Both the position numbers and the translations under genes were made by a program. Below are positions 27,066 through 36,704 of a DNA stretch of 64,000 nt, in pieces. The notes below the pieces were generated by a model. That model saw only the letters and a list, made by a program, of their open reading frames with translations. It ran no database searches and was not told where the DNA came from. The DNA lies in the IMG/VR virus record IMGVR_UViG_3300019776_000324, positions 280,245 to 344,244 of that record. The stretch is one strand, 5' to 3'. How positions within the stretch are numbered: position 1 is the first letter of the stretch; every line of letters begins with the position of its first letter.

Positions 27066-28115
27066 ATGACTAACAAACAAAAAACTATACTTGTAACAGG
27101 CGGTGCTGGATTTATCGGACACCATATGATTCGTCGTTTACTCAAGCACGAAGAATATCGAATTATCTCAATGGATCGACTAGACTTTTCTGGCAATCTT
27201 AATCGCTTGCACGAACTAAGTCAAGAGTTTGGCACCGATGCAATGAGTCGTTTGCGTGTGATTTTTCACGATCTTCGTGCAGAAATTAATCCACAACTAG
27301 CACATCAGATTGGTCCTGTGGATTACATTATTCATATGGCCGCTGGTAGTCATGTCACACGATCAATTGAGAATCCCATGTTGTTTGTACAGGACAATGT
27401 GGTTGGTACTTGTAACCTATTAGAATATGCTCGTAAGTATTTGCCCAACTTGGAAAAGTTTATTAACTTTGGCACCGACGAAGTGTTTGGATCGGCTCCA
27501 GAAGGTGTAGAATACAAAGAATACGATCGTTACAACAGTCGTAGTCCTTACAGTGCTACTAAAGCTGGCGCAGAAGAATTATGTGTATGCTACGAAAATA
27601 CCTATAACATGCCTATCTACTGTACACACACAATGAATGTGTTTGGTGAGCGTCAATTACCGGAGAAGTTTATTGGTATTGCTATGCGCAAGATACTTGC
27701 TGGGGAAGAAGTTACTATCCACTGTGATGAAGAAACAGGAACCAAGAGTGGATTGCGTCACTGGGTTCATGCTGCCGATGTTGCTGATGCTACTATGTTT
27801 ATCATGGACTTGCCTCATAAAGGCTTTCCACTTGCTGATGACTTTGGCGGTGCTACATGTCCTAAGTTCAACATTGTAGGGCAACAAGAAGTTTCTAACT
27901 TTGATGTAGCACAAAAGATTGCCGACATCCTGGGCAAGGAATTAAAGCACACAATGATTGGCTACGATACACAACGCCCAGGGCATGATTTCCGTTATGC
28001 ACTCAGCGGAGAGTATATGAAGAAGTTAGGTTGGGAACCCAAGTACGACTTTGAAACACGCATTGAACAAATGGTTCTTTGGACATTGAAGAATGATCGC
28101 TGGTTAAAAATATGA
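27066..28115 (+). CDS. NDP-hexose 4,6-dehydratase (RmlB-like)
   Basis: TGGAGFIG, AAGSHV.RS, TDEVFG, YSATK, RPGHD.RY. Confidence 0.85.
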   Translation: MTNKQKTILVTGGAGFIGHHMIRRLLKHEEYRIISMDRLDFSGNLNRLHELSQEFGTDAMSRLRVIFHDLRAEINPQLAHQIGPVDYIIHMAAGSHVTRSIENPMLFVQDNVVGTCNLLEYARKYLPNLEKFINFGTDEVFGSAPEGVEYKEYDRYNSRSPYSATKAGAEELCVCYENTYNMPIYCTHTMNVFGERQLPEKFIGIAMRKILAGEEVTIHCDEETGTKSGLRHWVHAADVADATMFIMDLPHKGFPLADDFGGATCPKFNIVGQQEVSNFDVAQKIADILGKELKHTMIGYDTQRPGHDFRYALSGEYMKKLGWEPKYDFETRIEQMVLWTLKNDRWLKI

Positions 28116-29323
28116 AACATGTAACAGAAAATACACATTGCCTAGCGTGTGGGTCAGGCGACATACACACAGCACTAGATTTAGGCAAGCAACCTTTAGC
28201 AAACAGTTATAAAGATTCAGCAGACGAGCCAGAAGCACGATACCCACTGGGTGTTAGGCTATGTCGTAAGTGCTATCACTTGCAACTGAGTCACACTGTG
28301 GATCCCGAAATCATTTATAAAAACTACCTGTATGCTACTGGTACTAATCAAACTATCAAAGATTACTCAGCGTGGTTTGCTAACTTTTGTTTAGAGTCAT
28401 GTAATCGTGCCGGTACAGTGTTAGACATTGGTTGTAATGATGGTACTCAACTTGATTACTTCAAAGCACTTGGTGTCAAGACATATGGAATTGATCCTGC
28501 GGAAAATTTGCACTCTAGAAGTGGTGCCAATCACAATGTAGTATGCGATTTCTTTGGCCCGCAGGCTGTGGAAAAATTAAACACGGTCTACTATGATCTT
28601 ATCATAGCACAAAATGTATGTGCTCATAATCCAGATCCACGGGCATTTTTAGAATCATGCTATCAATTAATGGCCGATCATACTGTGTTGTTTGTACAGA
28701 CTAGCCAGGCTGACATGGTTCTACACAATGAATTTGATACTATCTATCACGAACATGTAAACTTTTTCAATGCTAATAGCATGAACGAACTGGCCAAACG
28801 AGTTGGTTTGCATCTGATTGATGTTATTAAAGCTCCTATTCATGGCAACAGTTATATTTTTATTTTAAGTAAACAGCCGTTTAACAAAAATCGTATTAGC
28901 AACATTATCGGACTTGAAGCGGCCTATGGACTGCTTGATGTAGAAACATATATCAAGTGGGAAAAGTATGTGCAGTCACTTGTTCGTAAATTAAAAGCAC
29001 AGATTAATGCTTATCGCAAAGATGGTTACGCTATTGCAGGTTATGGTGCTGCGGCCAAGGGTAATACCTTGCTGAATTTTACTGATATCAAACTTGATTT
29101 TATCATTGACGACAATCCGCTCAAGCAAGGAAAGTTTACGCCAGGTACTAGTTGTCCTATTGTTAGTATTGATCATCTTACAAAGTTTAAAAAGAAAGAC
29201 AAGATTTTGTTTATGCCCTTGGCTTGGAACTTCTTTCCAGAGATCAAGTCAAAAATTCAATCTGCTAGAAGCAATCCTAACGATCTCTTTATTCGTTATT
29301 TTCCACAGGTTGATGTACAATAA
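28112..29323 (+). CDS. NDP-hexose C-methyltransferase family protein
   Basis: N-terminal CxxC..CxxC zinc site; DIGCNDG; YHEH; GYGAAAKG.TL; DDNPLKQG. Confidence 0.85.
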   Translation: MKHVTENTHCLACGSGDIHTALDLGKQPLANSYKDSADEPEARYPLGVRLCRKCYHLQLSHTVDPEIIYKNYLYATGTNQTIKDYSAWFANFCLESCNRAGTVLDIGCNDGTQLDYFKALGVKTYGIDPAENLHSRSGANHNVVCDFFGPQAVEKLNTVYYDLIIAQNVCAHNPDPRAFLESCYQLMADHTVLFVQTSQADMVLHNEFDTIYHEHVNFFNANSMNELAKRVGLHLIDVIKAPIHGNSYIFILSKQPFNKNRISNIIGLEAAYGLLDVETYIKWEKYVQSLVRKLKAQINAYRKDGYAIAGYGAAAKGNTLLNFTDIKLDFIIDDNPLKQGKFTPGTSCPIVSIDHLTKFKKKDKILFMPLAWNFFPEIKSKIQSARSNPNDLFIRYFPQVDVQ

Positions 29324-30090
29324 TGAAAAATTATCTAATCAAAGGCCTGCATCGTATTGGTAGTACTCAGTGGTGGCCTGGGCGTGATCGTGCCGACGAA
29401 GGTGACTTATTTTATTACTATACAAAGATGGCCGAACTAAGCGAAGCCAGCTTCTTTCACAACTTACAAGGCGATTGGGAATACATCAAGCTAGAGTCTG
29501 AAGCTACCGATGTAAACCATGTGTTCCGTCAGCAATTTGCTGCCATTTGGGATATTTGGAAATCAGAACCTTGTAACATTTATTACTGCGGCAGTGATGT
29601 ACAAGTGTTAAAACCTGTGGAAGTGTTTGGTCGATACAAGCATTTCTTGATGTTTAATTATACCGATCCAAAGAGTTTGGATGAGCATGCTCATTTCTTG
29701 AACGCTGACATACGCTATTATCCTGCCGAAATGGATCGAGACATGTTTGAACAAGCAACTCGAGATGTTGCTCAAGCTACAGAATGGAACAATGATCAAA
29801 AGCTGTATAATCGCATGGTGTGGTCGCAAGGGCTCGCTCCAGACGAAGTAATCGATCCAACAATGGCCTATCAGGGTCCTTGGTTGCCAGGGCCGCAAGA
29901 AGCCAGAGACTTTACAGATAAGTGGAACGGATGCCGATTAGAAGATGCCAACATTGTACACTGGCATGGTAGCCGAAATGCCAATGGTAAATTACAACTT
30001 ATGCAATCGGTAAATGATCAATTGGGCATACCAGCTGTTCCGGTTAATCCTAGACCAACAAAGACCTTAGATATCTCACATTATCCTTGA
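29323..30090 (+). CDS. Nucleotide-diphospho-sugar transferase-like (GT8-like) protein
   Basis: YCGSD, FLNADI, DQ.LYN, IVHWHG. Confidence 0.5.
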   Translation: MKNYLIKGLHRIGSTQWWPGRDRADEGDLFYYYTKMAELSEASFFHNLQGDWEYIKLESEATDVNHVFRQQFAAIWDIWKSEPCNIYYCGSDVQVLKPVEVFGRYKHFLMFNYTDPKSLDEHAHFLNADIRYYPAEMDRDMFEQATRDVAQATEWNNDQKLYNRMVWSQGLAPDEVIDPTMAYQGPWLPGPQEARDFTDKWNGCRLEDANIVHWHGSRNANGKLQLMQSVNDQLGIPAVPVNPRPTKTLDISHYP

Positions 30091-30115
30091 CAAGACTGCT
30101 AATAAGTGTTAAAAT
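30087..30115 (+). promoter_or_regulatory. sigma70 promoter
   Basis: TTGACA-17-TAAAAT. Confidence 0.6.
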
Positions 30116-30121
30116 AGTAAT

Positions 30122-30658
30122 ATGAAAAAAGTATATTACACTTGGCAGGATGTTGAAAATCAAACACAAGAAATTCTGCGTCAACTACAGCGTGATGCAT
30201 GGATGCCCGATTATGTTGTAGGGCTTACTAGAGGCGGACTTGTTCCAGCTAATCTTATTAGCCAATACTTAGAAGTGCCAATGGAAACACTCAAAGTAAG
30301 CCTGCGTGACGATGCTAGCCAACCCGAATCAAACTTATGGATGGCCGAAGATGCATACGGTCATGTAGATTATGATCCAATGTCAGGTGGTGATGGGCGT
30401 CAAAAGATTCTTATTGTAGACGACATCAATGATTCGGGTGCTACACTTAATTGGATTAAACAAGACTGGATGAGTAGTTGTATGCCTGGCGATCTAGAAC
30501 GCTGGAATCATGTATGGAACGATAATGTTCGTGTTGCTGTACTAGTTGATAACGAAGCCAGCGCCAGTGAATTAAATGTTAGATATTCAGCCATTGACCT
30601 AAATAAAGCTGAAGAAGATTGTTGGATTGTGTTTCCTTGGGAAGATTGGTGGAAGTGA
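30122..30658 (+). CDS. Type I phosphoribosyltransferase (purine PRTase-like)
   Basis: VVGLTRGGLVPA; ILIVDDINDSGATL PRPP loop. Confidence 0.85.
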   Translation: MKKVYYTWQDVENQTQEILRQLQRDAWMPDYVVGLTRGGLVPANLISQYLEVPMETLKVSLRDDASQPESNLWMAEDAYGHVDYDPMSGGDGRQKILIVDDINDSGATLNWIKQDWMSSCMPGDLERWNHVWNDNVRVAVLVDNEASASELNVRYSAIDLNKAEEDCWIVFPWEDWWK

Positions 30659-31335
30659 AAAGTATAGTATCTTTTGGCGATAGCTTTGTATTTGGCAGTG
30701 AACTAGCTGACAACAACGATGGCTCCAAGGCCTGGCCTGCGCTGGTGGCCAAAGAACTAGGATATTCTTATAATACATCTGCGGTTCCAGGGTGCGGCAA
30801 TGATCATATTGCTAGACAAATTTATACATGGTTTTCTAATAACTCACCTGAAAATACTCTAGCAGTGATCAACTGGACTTGGATGAGTCGTTGGGACTTT
30901 TATATTGTTGAGCACGAAACATGGATTACCTTAGGACCAACTTGTGTTCCAGAAAAACTCAAAGATTTAGTTGATCGTACACAAGCCGAAGACATGATTG
31001 ATTTTTATAAGACTCGAGCCAATAGTAGCTTGCTATGGAACAAGTTTAGAAACTTACAAACCATTTGGGCTGTGCAACAATACATGAATCACAAGGGTAT
31101 CAAGTCTGTACAAACTTACATGGACTATGAGTTGTTTGATCAAACCTTTCACGCACCGGATTATATTAAAGAACTACAACAATTAGTGTTACCAAAATTA
31201 CAATTATTTGATGATAAAAACTTTGTTGATTGGTCGCATGAACATGAATATCCTGTTACAATACAAGGGTGGCATCCGCTGGAACAAGCACATCAAGCGG
31301 CAGCAGAATATTGGAAAGATATTTACAAAATCTAA
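30655..31335 (+). CDS. SGNH/GDSL-like hydrolase paralog 1
   Basis: FGDSF..G; WP; A.PGCGND.I.R; HP...H. Confidence 0.55.
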   Translation: MKSIVSFGDSFVFGSELADNNDGSKAWPALVAKELGYSYNTSAVPGCGNDHIARQIYTWFSNNSPENTLAVINWTWMSRWDFYIVEHETWITLGPTCVPEKLKDLVDRTQAEDMIDFYKTRANSSLLWNKFRNLQTIWAVQQYMNHKGIKSVQTYMDYELFDQTFHAPDYIKELQQLVLPKLQLFDDKNFVDWSHEHEYPVTIQGWHPLEQAHQAAAEYWKDIYKI

Positions 31336-31343
31336 ATACTATT

Positions 31344-31550
31344 ATGAACATATACTATAGAGAATCAACATTGTTAGAACAAATAAATGATGCTATTAGC
31401 GACTGCGCTACTAGTAAAAAGCACATTGACTATTTTGAATTAACCAGCGAAGAACTTGCTTCTAATTGGACCAGTTTTGATAGAACCACAAATAATGGTA
31501 TCGATGTTAGATATTCCTATAAAGGTATTCCTATAAAGGTTAAAGAATGA
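31344..31550 (+). CDS. Hypothetical protein
   Basis: ATG after a CTAAATA motif. Confidence 0.5.
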   Translation: MNIYYRESTLLEQINDAISDCATSKKHIDYFELTSEELASNWTSFDRTTNNGIDVRYSYKGIPIKVKE

Positions 31551-32404
31551 AAATTAAAGTATCAGAATTATTTTATAGTTTACAAGGCGAAGGTCGCTTT
31601 GTTGGTGTGCCAAGTGTGTTCTTGCGTACATATGGATGTAACTTTAAGTGTGCAGGCTTTGGTTGCAAGCCAGGCGAAAAGTCAACAGGCGCAGATGAAG
31701 TTGCTAAAGAAGTCAGCAAGTATGATACATTCTTAAGTTTGCCATTGGTTGAAACTGGCTGCGATAGCTATGCTAGTTGGCATCCTGCATTTAAACATTT
31801 GAGTCCTACTGTTACTACAGAAGATCTAGTGGACCAGATGTTAGCATTAACTCCAAACAATTGTTGGGTACAGAACAACGGCAACGATGTACACTTGGTT
31901 ATCACAGGAGGCGAACCATTGCTAGGCTGGCAACGAGCTTACAAAGAGTTATTAGAGCATCCACGCATGGCAGACTTAAAGAACATTACATTCGAAACCA
32001 ATGGCACTCAAGAATTGCACGAAGATTTTAGACTGTATTTAGACTATTGGGCAAGCGATGGCGGACGAGAAGTTACATTTAGTGTTAGTGCTAAACTAAG
32101 TGCAAGTGGTGAAAAAGAAGAAGAAGCTATTCGCCCAGAGATTGTGCGTGTATATCAAGACTATGGACACACATATCTTAAGTTTGTTGTTGAAACCGAA
32201 GATCATGTCAACGAAGCTGTTCGTGCTGTAGATAAATTTCGTGCAGGCGGATTCGAAGGTGTTGTATATTTGATGCCACAAGGTGGAGTTGTTACTCCAT
32301 ATGATGCAAACAAATTAAACATTGCCAATATCTGTTGCGAGCGTGGATTCAACTATAGTCCTAGATTGCATGTGGATCTTTGGGGCAATGGCTGGGGCAA
32401 GTAA
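31547..32404 (+). CDS. queE: 7-carboxy-7-deazaguanine synthase (radical SAM)
   Basis: SELFYSLQGEG..G.PSVFLR..GCNFKC; CD; ITGGEPL; FETNG; PRLH..LWG. Confidence 0.85.
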   Translation: MKIKVSELFYSLQGEGRFVGVPSVFLRTYGCNFKCAGFGCKPGEKSTGADEVAKEVSKYDTFLSLPLVETGCDSYASWHPAFKHLSPTVTTEDLVDQMLALTPNNCWVQNNGNDVHLVITGGEPLLGWQRAYKELLEHPRMADLKNITFETNGTQELHEDFRLYLDYWASDGGREVTFSVSAKLSASGEKEEEAIRPEIVRVYQDYGHTYLKFVVETEDHVNEAVRAVDKFRAGGFEGVVYLMPQGGVVTPYDANKLNIANICCERGFNYSPRLHVDLWGNGWGK

Positions 32405-32661
32405 TGTTCCCACAAGGTTTATACGGAATGAACATAACAGGAATGTGGATGGACGAACAATACGACCCGTTTAATACTCGTGCAGAGTTTAAATCAGTTT
32501 ACTTAGTATGGCCAAGGCGTTGCCACATAACAGGTCGGCGATTATGGTTAACTCGCGCTTACAAAGGTACCGCAGTATGGACTGGTCCTGGCACACCTGT
32601 AGAAGAACATCGTTACTACGACGAAGTAGAATACTTAATAGAAAAGTTAAAAGGAAACTAA
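32404..32661 (+). CDS. Hypothetical protein
   Basis: TAATG-coupled ORF. Confidence 0.5.
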   Translation: MFPQGLYGMNITGMWMDEQYDPFNTRAEFKSVYLVWPRRCHITGRRLWLTRAYKGTAVWTGPGTPVEEHRYYDEVEYLIEKLKGN

Positions 32662-33414
32662 ATGTCATTGCAAGATCAAATTACAGCATGGATTAAAGAA
32701 TACGCCCACAAGGCTAATATGAAAACACTAGTAGTAGGCATTAGTGGTGGCATTGATAGTGCTGTAGTTAGTGCATTATGCGCACGAACTGGTCTGGATG
32801 TTGTTGCAGTGACCATGCCTATTCGTCAGCGTCCAGACTTGCACGATCTTAGTTTGCGTCAAGGATACTGGTTAAAGGCAAACTTTACCAATGTAAAACA
32901 CGAAGTGATTGATCTCACTGATGTGTTTGATACATTTGAAAATCGCATGGGCGAGTATAATGACCTGTTGGGATTTGCCAACAGTCGCAGTCGTTTGCGT
33001 ATGGTTACCTTGTATCAGATTGCACAAAGTACCGCAGGACTAGTAGTAGGTACAGGCAACAAGGTAGAAGATTTTGGTGTAGGATTTTATACCAAGTACG
33101 GCGATGGTGGTGTAGATATCAGTCCTATCGCTGACTGCTATAAAACTGAAGTATGGCAAATGGGCCGTGAGATGGGTGTGTTAGACGACATTATCAATGC
33201 CGCTCCTACAGATGGATTATGGGACGACGGACGCACAGATGAGGATCAAATTGGCATGAGCTATGCTGACTTAGAAATGGCCATGCGTATGTGTAACGGT
33301 GAAATGACTCCGTTAGGTGAGCCAACCGTAGTGGCAAAAATCAACAAGTTCCTTGAATTAAATGCCCGTAATGCACATAAAATGAATCCTATTCCTGTGT
33401 TTAAAAAATCTTGA
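32662..33414 (+). CDS. nadE: NH3-dependent NAD+ synthetase family protein
   Basis: SGGIDS; N.RSRLRM; GTGNK.E; GFYTKYGDG; DISPIAD.YKTEV; PTDGL. Confidence 0.85.
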   Translation: MSLQDQITAWIKEYAHKANMKTLVVGISGGIDSAVVSALCARTGLDVVAVTMPIRQRPDLHDLSLRQGYWLKANFTNVKHEVIDLTDVFDTFENRMGEYNDLLGFANSRSRLRMVTLYQIAQSTAGLVVGTGNKVEDFGVGFYTKYGDGGVDISPIADCYKTEVWQMGREMGVLDDIINAAPTDGLWDDGRTDEDQIGMSYADLEMAMRMCNGEMTPLGEPTVVAKINKFLELNARNAHKMNPIPVFKKS

Positions 33415-33475
33415 GGCCAGGCTAAAAACCAGATAAATTAGTCTGTAGCACTCAAATATTATTCCAAGGATTAAA

Positions 33476-34732
33476 ATGAAAAAAATAGGATTTATCGGTA
33501 TTGGCAAACTCGGTCTTGATTGTGCCGAAGTGTTTGCAGAAAAACATGAAGTACGCGGTTACGACATTTACCCACGCACCAGCGACACAGTAAAAGTATG
33601 CAGTATCGAAGAATTAGTCAATGAAAGTGAGTGGATCTTTATTGCTGTTCCTACTCCACACTCAGAAGGCTATGATGGATCAGTTCCAAGCAGTCACATG
33701 ACTCCTAAGGACTTTGGCCACGATGCTGTTATTGATGCTATTAAAAATGTAAACAAATATGCAACCACACCTAAAAAGATAGTACTTATTAGTACAGTGT
33801 TGCCAGGAACTACTCGTAAGAAGTTTATTCCTTTGTTAGATACTAAACACGAATTCGTTTACAATCCTTATTTGATTGCTATGGGCTCAGTTAAGTGGGA
33901 CATGGTTAATCCAGAAATGATTATGTTGGGCACTGAAGACGGCAGCTTGACTGGTGTTGCTGGAGAACTCAAATCATTGTATGAAACAATCATGCAGAAC
34001 AATCCACGCTATGAAGTTGGCACATGGGACGAGTGCGAAGCAATTAAGATCTTCTATAACACATTTATCAGTGCCAAAGTTGGCATGGTAAACATGATTC
34101 AAGACTTTGCTCTTAAGATTGGCAATATCAATGTTGATGTGGTCACAAACGCATTGGCTCGTAGTACCATGCGTATCATGGGACCTAAGTACATGACAGC
34201 AGGTATGGGCGATGCCGGTGCTTGCCATCCACGCGATAATATTGCGTTGCGTTGGTTAGCTAGTGAATATGATATTGGTTACGACTTGTTTGATACTATC
34301 ATGCATGCTCGTGAAATCCAAGCAAAGAACTTAGCCGAGTTCCTGGTAAAGCAAGCAGAAAGTCAAATTACAGGCCGTAGTGTTCCTATTGCTATTCATG
34401 GTAAAGCATACAAACCAGATGTGCCTTACTGCATTGGGTCATACTCGACCTTGGTAGGACATTATGTTAAAGAGATGGGTCACAATGTAGTCTATCTTGA
34501 TCCGCTTGCTGATGATCAAACTGATGTAGTTGAAAAACTCAACGACGAATGCTATGTTGTATTGTGGGCACACAATCGTAAGATCACTTACGAATACACG
34601 GGTGACCAACAAGATACACAACCATACTGTGAAATTCCACAGGGTAGTGTAATCGTTGATCCTTGGCGTCAACTTGGCCTAACAGGCAAGCATACAATTA
34701 TTCACTACGGTAATACTAGAAACAATAGATAA
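33476..34732 (+). CDS. UDP-glucose/GDP-mannose dehydrogenase family protein
   Basis: GIGKLG; IAVPTP; STVLPGT; IKIFYN; GACHPRD; AYKPD. Confidence 0.85.
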   Translation: MKKIGFIGIGKLGLDCAEVFAEKHEVRGYDIYPRTSDTVKVCSIEELVNESEWIFIAVPTPHSEGYDGSVPSSHMTPKDFGHDAVIDAIKNVNKYATTPKKIVLISTVLPGTTRKKFIPLLDTKHEFVYNPYLIAMGSVKWDMVNPEMIMLGTEDGSLTGVAGELKSLYETIMQNNPRYEVGTWDECEAIKIFYNTFISAKVGMVNMIQDFALKIGNINVDVVTNALARSTMRIMGPKYMTAGMGDAGACHPRDNIALRWLASEYDIGYDLFDTIMHAREIQAKNLAEFLVKQAESQITGRSVPIAIHGKAYKPDVPYCIGSYSTLVGHYVKEMGHNVVYLDPLADDQTDVVEKLNDECYVVLWAHNRKITYEYTGDQQDTQPYCEIPQGSVIVDPWRQLGLTGKHTIIHYGNTRNNR

Positions 34733-34742
34733 GGAAATAGAT

Positions 34743-35123
34743 ATGGGAATGTTTGATTTTTTAAAGAAGAAAAAGGAACCGGTCAAGAAAGAAGCACCGA
34801 AGCCTAAGAAATCTGAAAAGGAAATTGCTACAGAAAAGGGCGAGCCTTATATCAATGTTCTCAGTATGGAGTTAGATCCTACAGACCTAAGTCAAGGTGC
34901 ATTTGAATTAGATTGGAATGATAAGTTTATATCCAATCTAATTCGTGCCGGCTACAAGATGAAAGATACCGACACAGATGCTGACTTGGTTGATCGTTGG
35001 TTTCAAAATGTTTGTCGTAATGTAGTGCTTGAAACTTGGGAACAAGAACAAGCCATGCATCCAGAGCGTGACCGTGTTATTAAGAGCCGCAATATTGGTG
35101 ACGGTCGTTCTGAGGTTAGCTGA
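34743..35123 (+). CDS. Hypothetical protein
   Basis: SD AAGGA; 126 aa. Confidence 0.6.
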   Translation: MGMFDFLKKKKEPVKKEAPKPKKSEKEIATEKGEPYINVLSMELDPTDLSQGAFELDWNDKFISNLIRAGYKMKDTDTDADLVDRWFQNVCRNVVLETWEQEQAMHPERDRVIKSRNIGDGRSEVS

Positions 35124-35362
35124 TGGCTAAACCGTTATTAGTCGAACCATTTATCAAAGTCTACATGTTGTTAAAGCAAGATGGACTTTATTTGTATCCA
35201 GCTGGGTTCGATGCTAATAACAACATGGGCAGTGGTTTCTTTCCTACTCAAAATGTTGCAGAACTGATGCGTACAAAAGAGCTACTAGCACAAAAGCCAG
35301 ATAGTACAACACAGTATCACATATTTGAATTAGAGATCCCGAATCCAGCATATACACAATGA
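35123..35362 (+). CDS. Hypothetical protein
   Basis: Coupled ORF. Confidence 0.55.
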   Translation: MAKPLLVEPFIKVYMLLKQDGLYLYPAGFDANNNMGSGFFPTQNVAELMRTKELLAQKPDSTTQYHIFELEIPNPAYTQ

Positions 35363-35997
35363 TATTGTATGTAAACGGTGATAGCAACAGTTGTGGTGTA
35401 GAGCTAACTGATAAAAACTTGTCGTGGCCTGTTGTTCTTTCAAATCAACTTGATTTAAAATTAATCAATCAAGCTAAAACTGGTGCTAGTAATCCTAGAA
35501 TACTTAGAGTAACACAAGAATTTATTGAACAAAACTATAACAACTTGCAAGATTACTTTATAGTAATAGGGTGGACTGGTTGGGAACGAGAAGAGTGGCT
35601 ACACAATGGTGTATATTATGATGTTAATTCCAGCGGTCGTAGTGCGGTACCCAAAGAACTAGTAGATCAATACAAGGAATGGGTTGTAAATCAAAATCAA
35701 GAGTTGCGAGAATATAAATCTCTCGTGCTACAAGAAAACATTTTTAAATTACACCAAGAGCTTTGTAGTTTAAAAGTAAAACATTTATTTTTTAATGCAT
35801 TGATGCCGTTTTTACACAATACTAAAGTTTCGTGGGAGAAAAATTATCTAGGTCCATACACTAACGAATTAAGTTATTATTGGTATCTAAAAAATCACGG
35901 ATGGCATCCAACAAAAAACAATCACTATTTAGAAGATGCACAAATTATTTGGGCCAGCGTGTTAAAAAATTATATAGGAGATAACAAGTTACTATGA
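35359..35997 (+). CDS. SGNH/GDSL-like hydrolase paralog 2
   Basis: MILYVNGDS; ASN.RI.R; HP....H. Confidence 0.55.
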   Translation: MILYVNGDSNSCGVELTDKNLSWPVVLSNQLDLKLINQAKTGASNPRILRVTQEFIEQNYNNLQDYFIVIGWTGWEREEWLHNGVYYDVNSSGRSAVPKELVDQYKEWVVNQNQELREYKSLVLQENIFKLHQELCSLKVKHLFFNALMPFLHNTKVSWEKNYLGPYTNELSYYWYLKNHGWHPTKNNHYLEDAQIIWASVLKNYIGDNKLL

Positions 35998-36695
35998 TAT
36001 TATATGTAAACGGCGACAGCCATTCTGCTGCTGCAGAAGCAGTAAATCCACATGCGTTTGCCGAAGACGATGGGCAATTGTTTTACATGGGCCGTGCACC
36101 ACACCCAGAAAATTTAGCAGTAAGCTGGGGTAAGTTGCTGGGACTGGCACTAAACTGTGGATTCCATTGTGCTGCCGAAAGTGCAAGCAGTAACACTAGA
36201 ATACTTAGAACCACACGAGAATATATCAACACATCAACTGGCTACGACGATTCATTGATTATTATTCAATGGTCAACTTGGGAGCGTGAAGAGTGGTTGC
36301 ACAACGGCACATACTATCAAGTTGGCAGTAGTGGCATTGATGATGTTCCACAAGAGTTACAAGAAAAGTATCGACACTTTGTAATCGGCACTGACTGGGA
36401 ACTAAAAACCCAACAAGCTCACACGGAAATTTGGGAGTTCCATAAAGAGCTAGAAGCAAAAGGTATCAAACACATTTTCTTCAATGGTAATAACCATTTT
36501 AGTTCTATACAAGATCAAAAGGACTGGGGTCGTAGTTATATCGGCCCATATGATCCTGCCCTAACCTATGATTCGGTAATTCGGGCCAAAGGTATCAACA
36601 CAGTAGCACCCAATTCATGGCATTTTGGTAAAGATGGCCATAGCTATTTCCACCGTTTTATGTTACAATACATTATTGACAACAAATTTATCTAA
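35994..36695 (+). CDS. SGNH/GDSL-like hydrolase paralog 3
   Basis: MILYVNGDS; SSN.RI.R; WEREEWLHNG shared with paralog 2. Confidence 0.55.
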   Translation: MILYVNGDSHSAAAEAVNPHAFAEDDGQLFYMGRAPHPENLAVSWGKLLGLALNCGFHCAAESASSNTRILRTTREYINTSTGYDDSLIIIQWSTWEREEWLHNGTYYQVGSSGIDDVPQELQEKYRHFVIGTDWELKTQQAHTEIWEFHKELEAKGIKHIFFNGNNHFSSIQDQKDWGRSYIGPYDPALTYDSVIRAKGINTVAPNSWHFGKDGHSYFHRFMLQYIIDNKFI

Positions 36696-36704
36696 GGCGG
36701 TTAT

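Noticed and set aside
32662-33414. Annotating this ORF directly as QueC
   Set aside because: It has NadE-specific motifs and lacks the QueC zinc-binding Cys cluster; only a functional analogy is proposed
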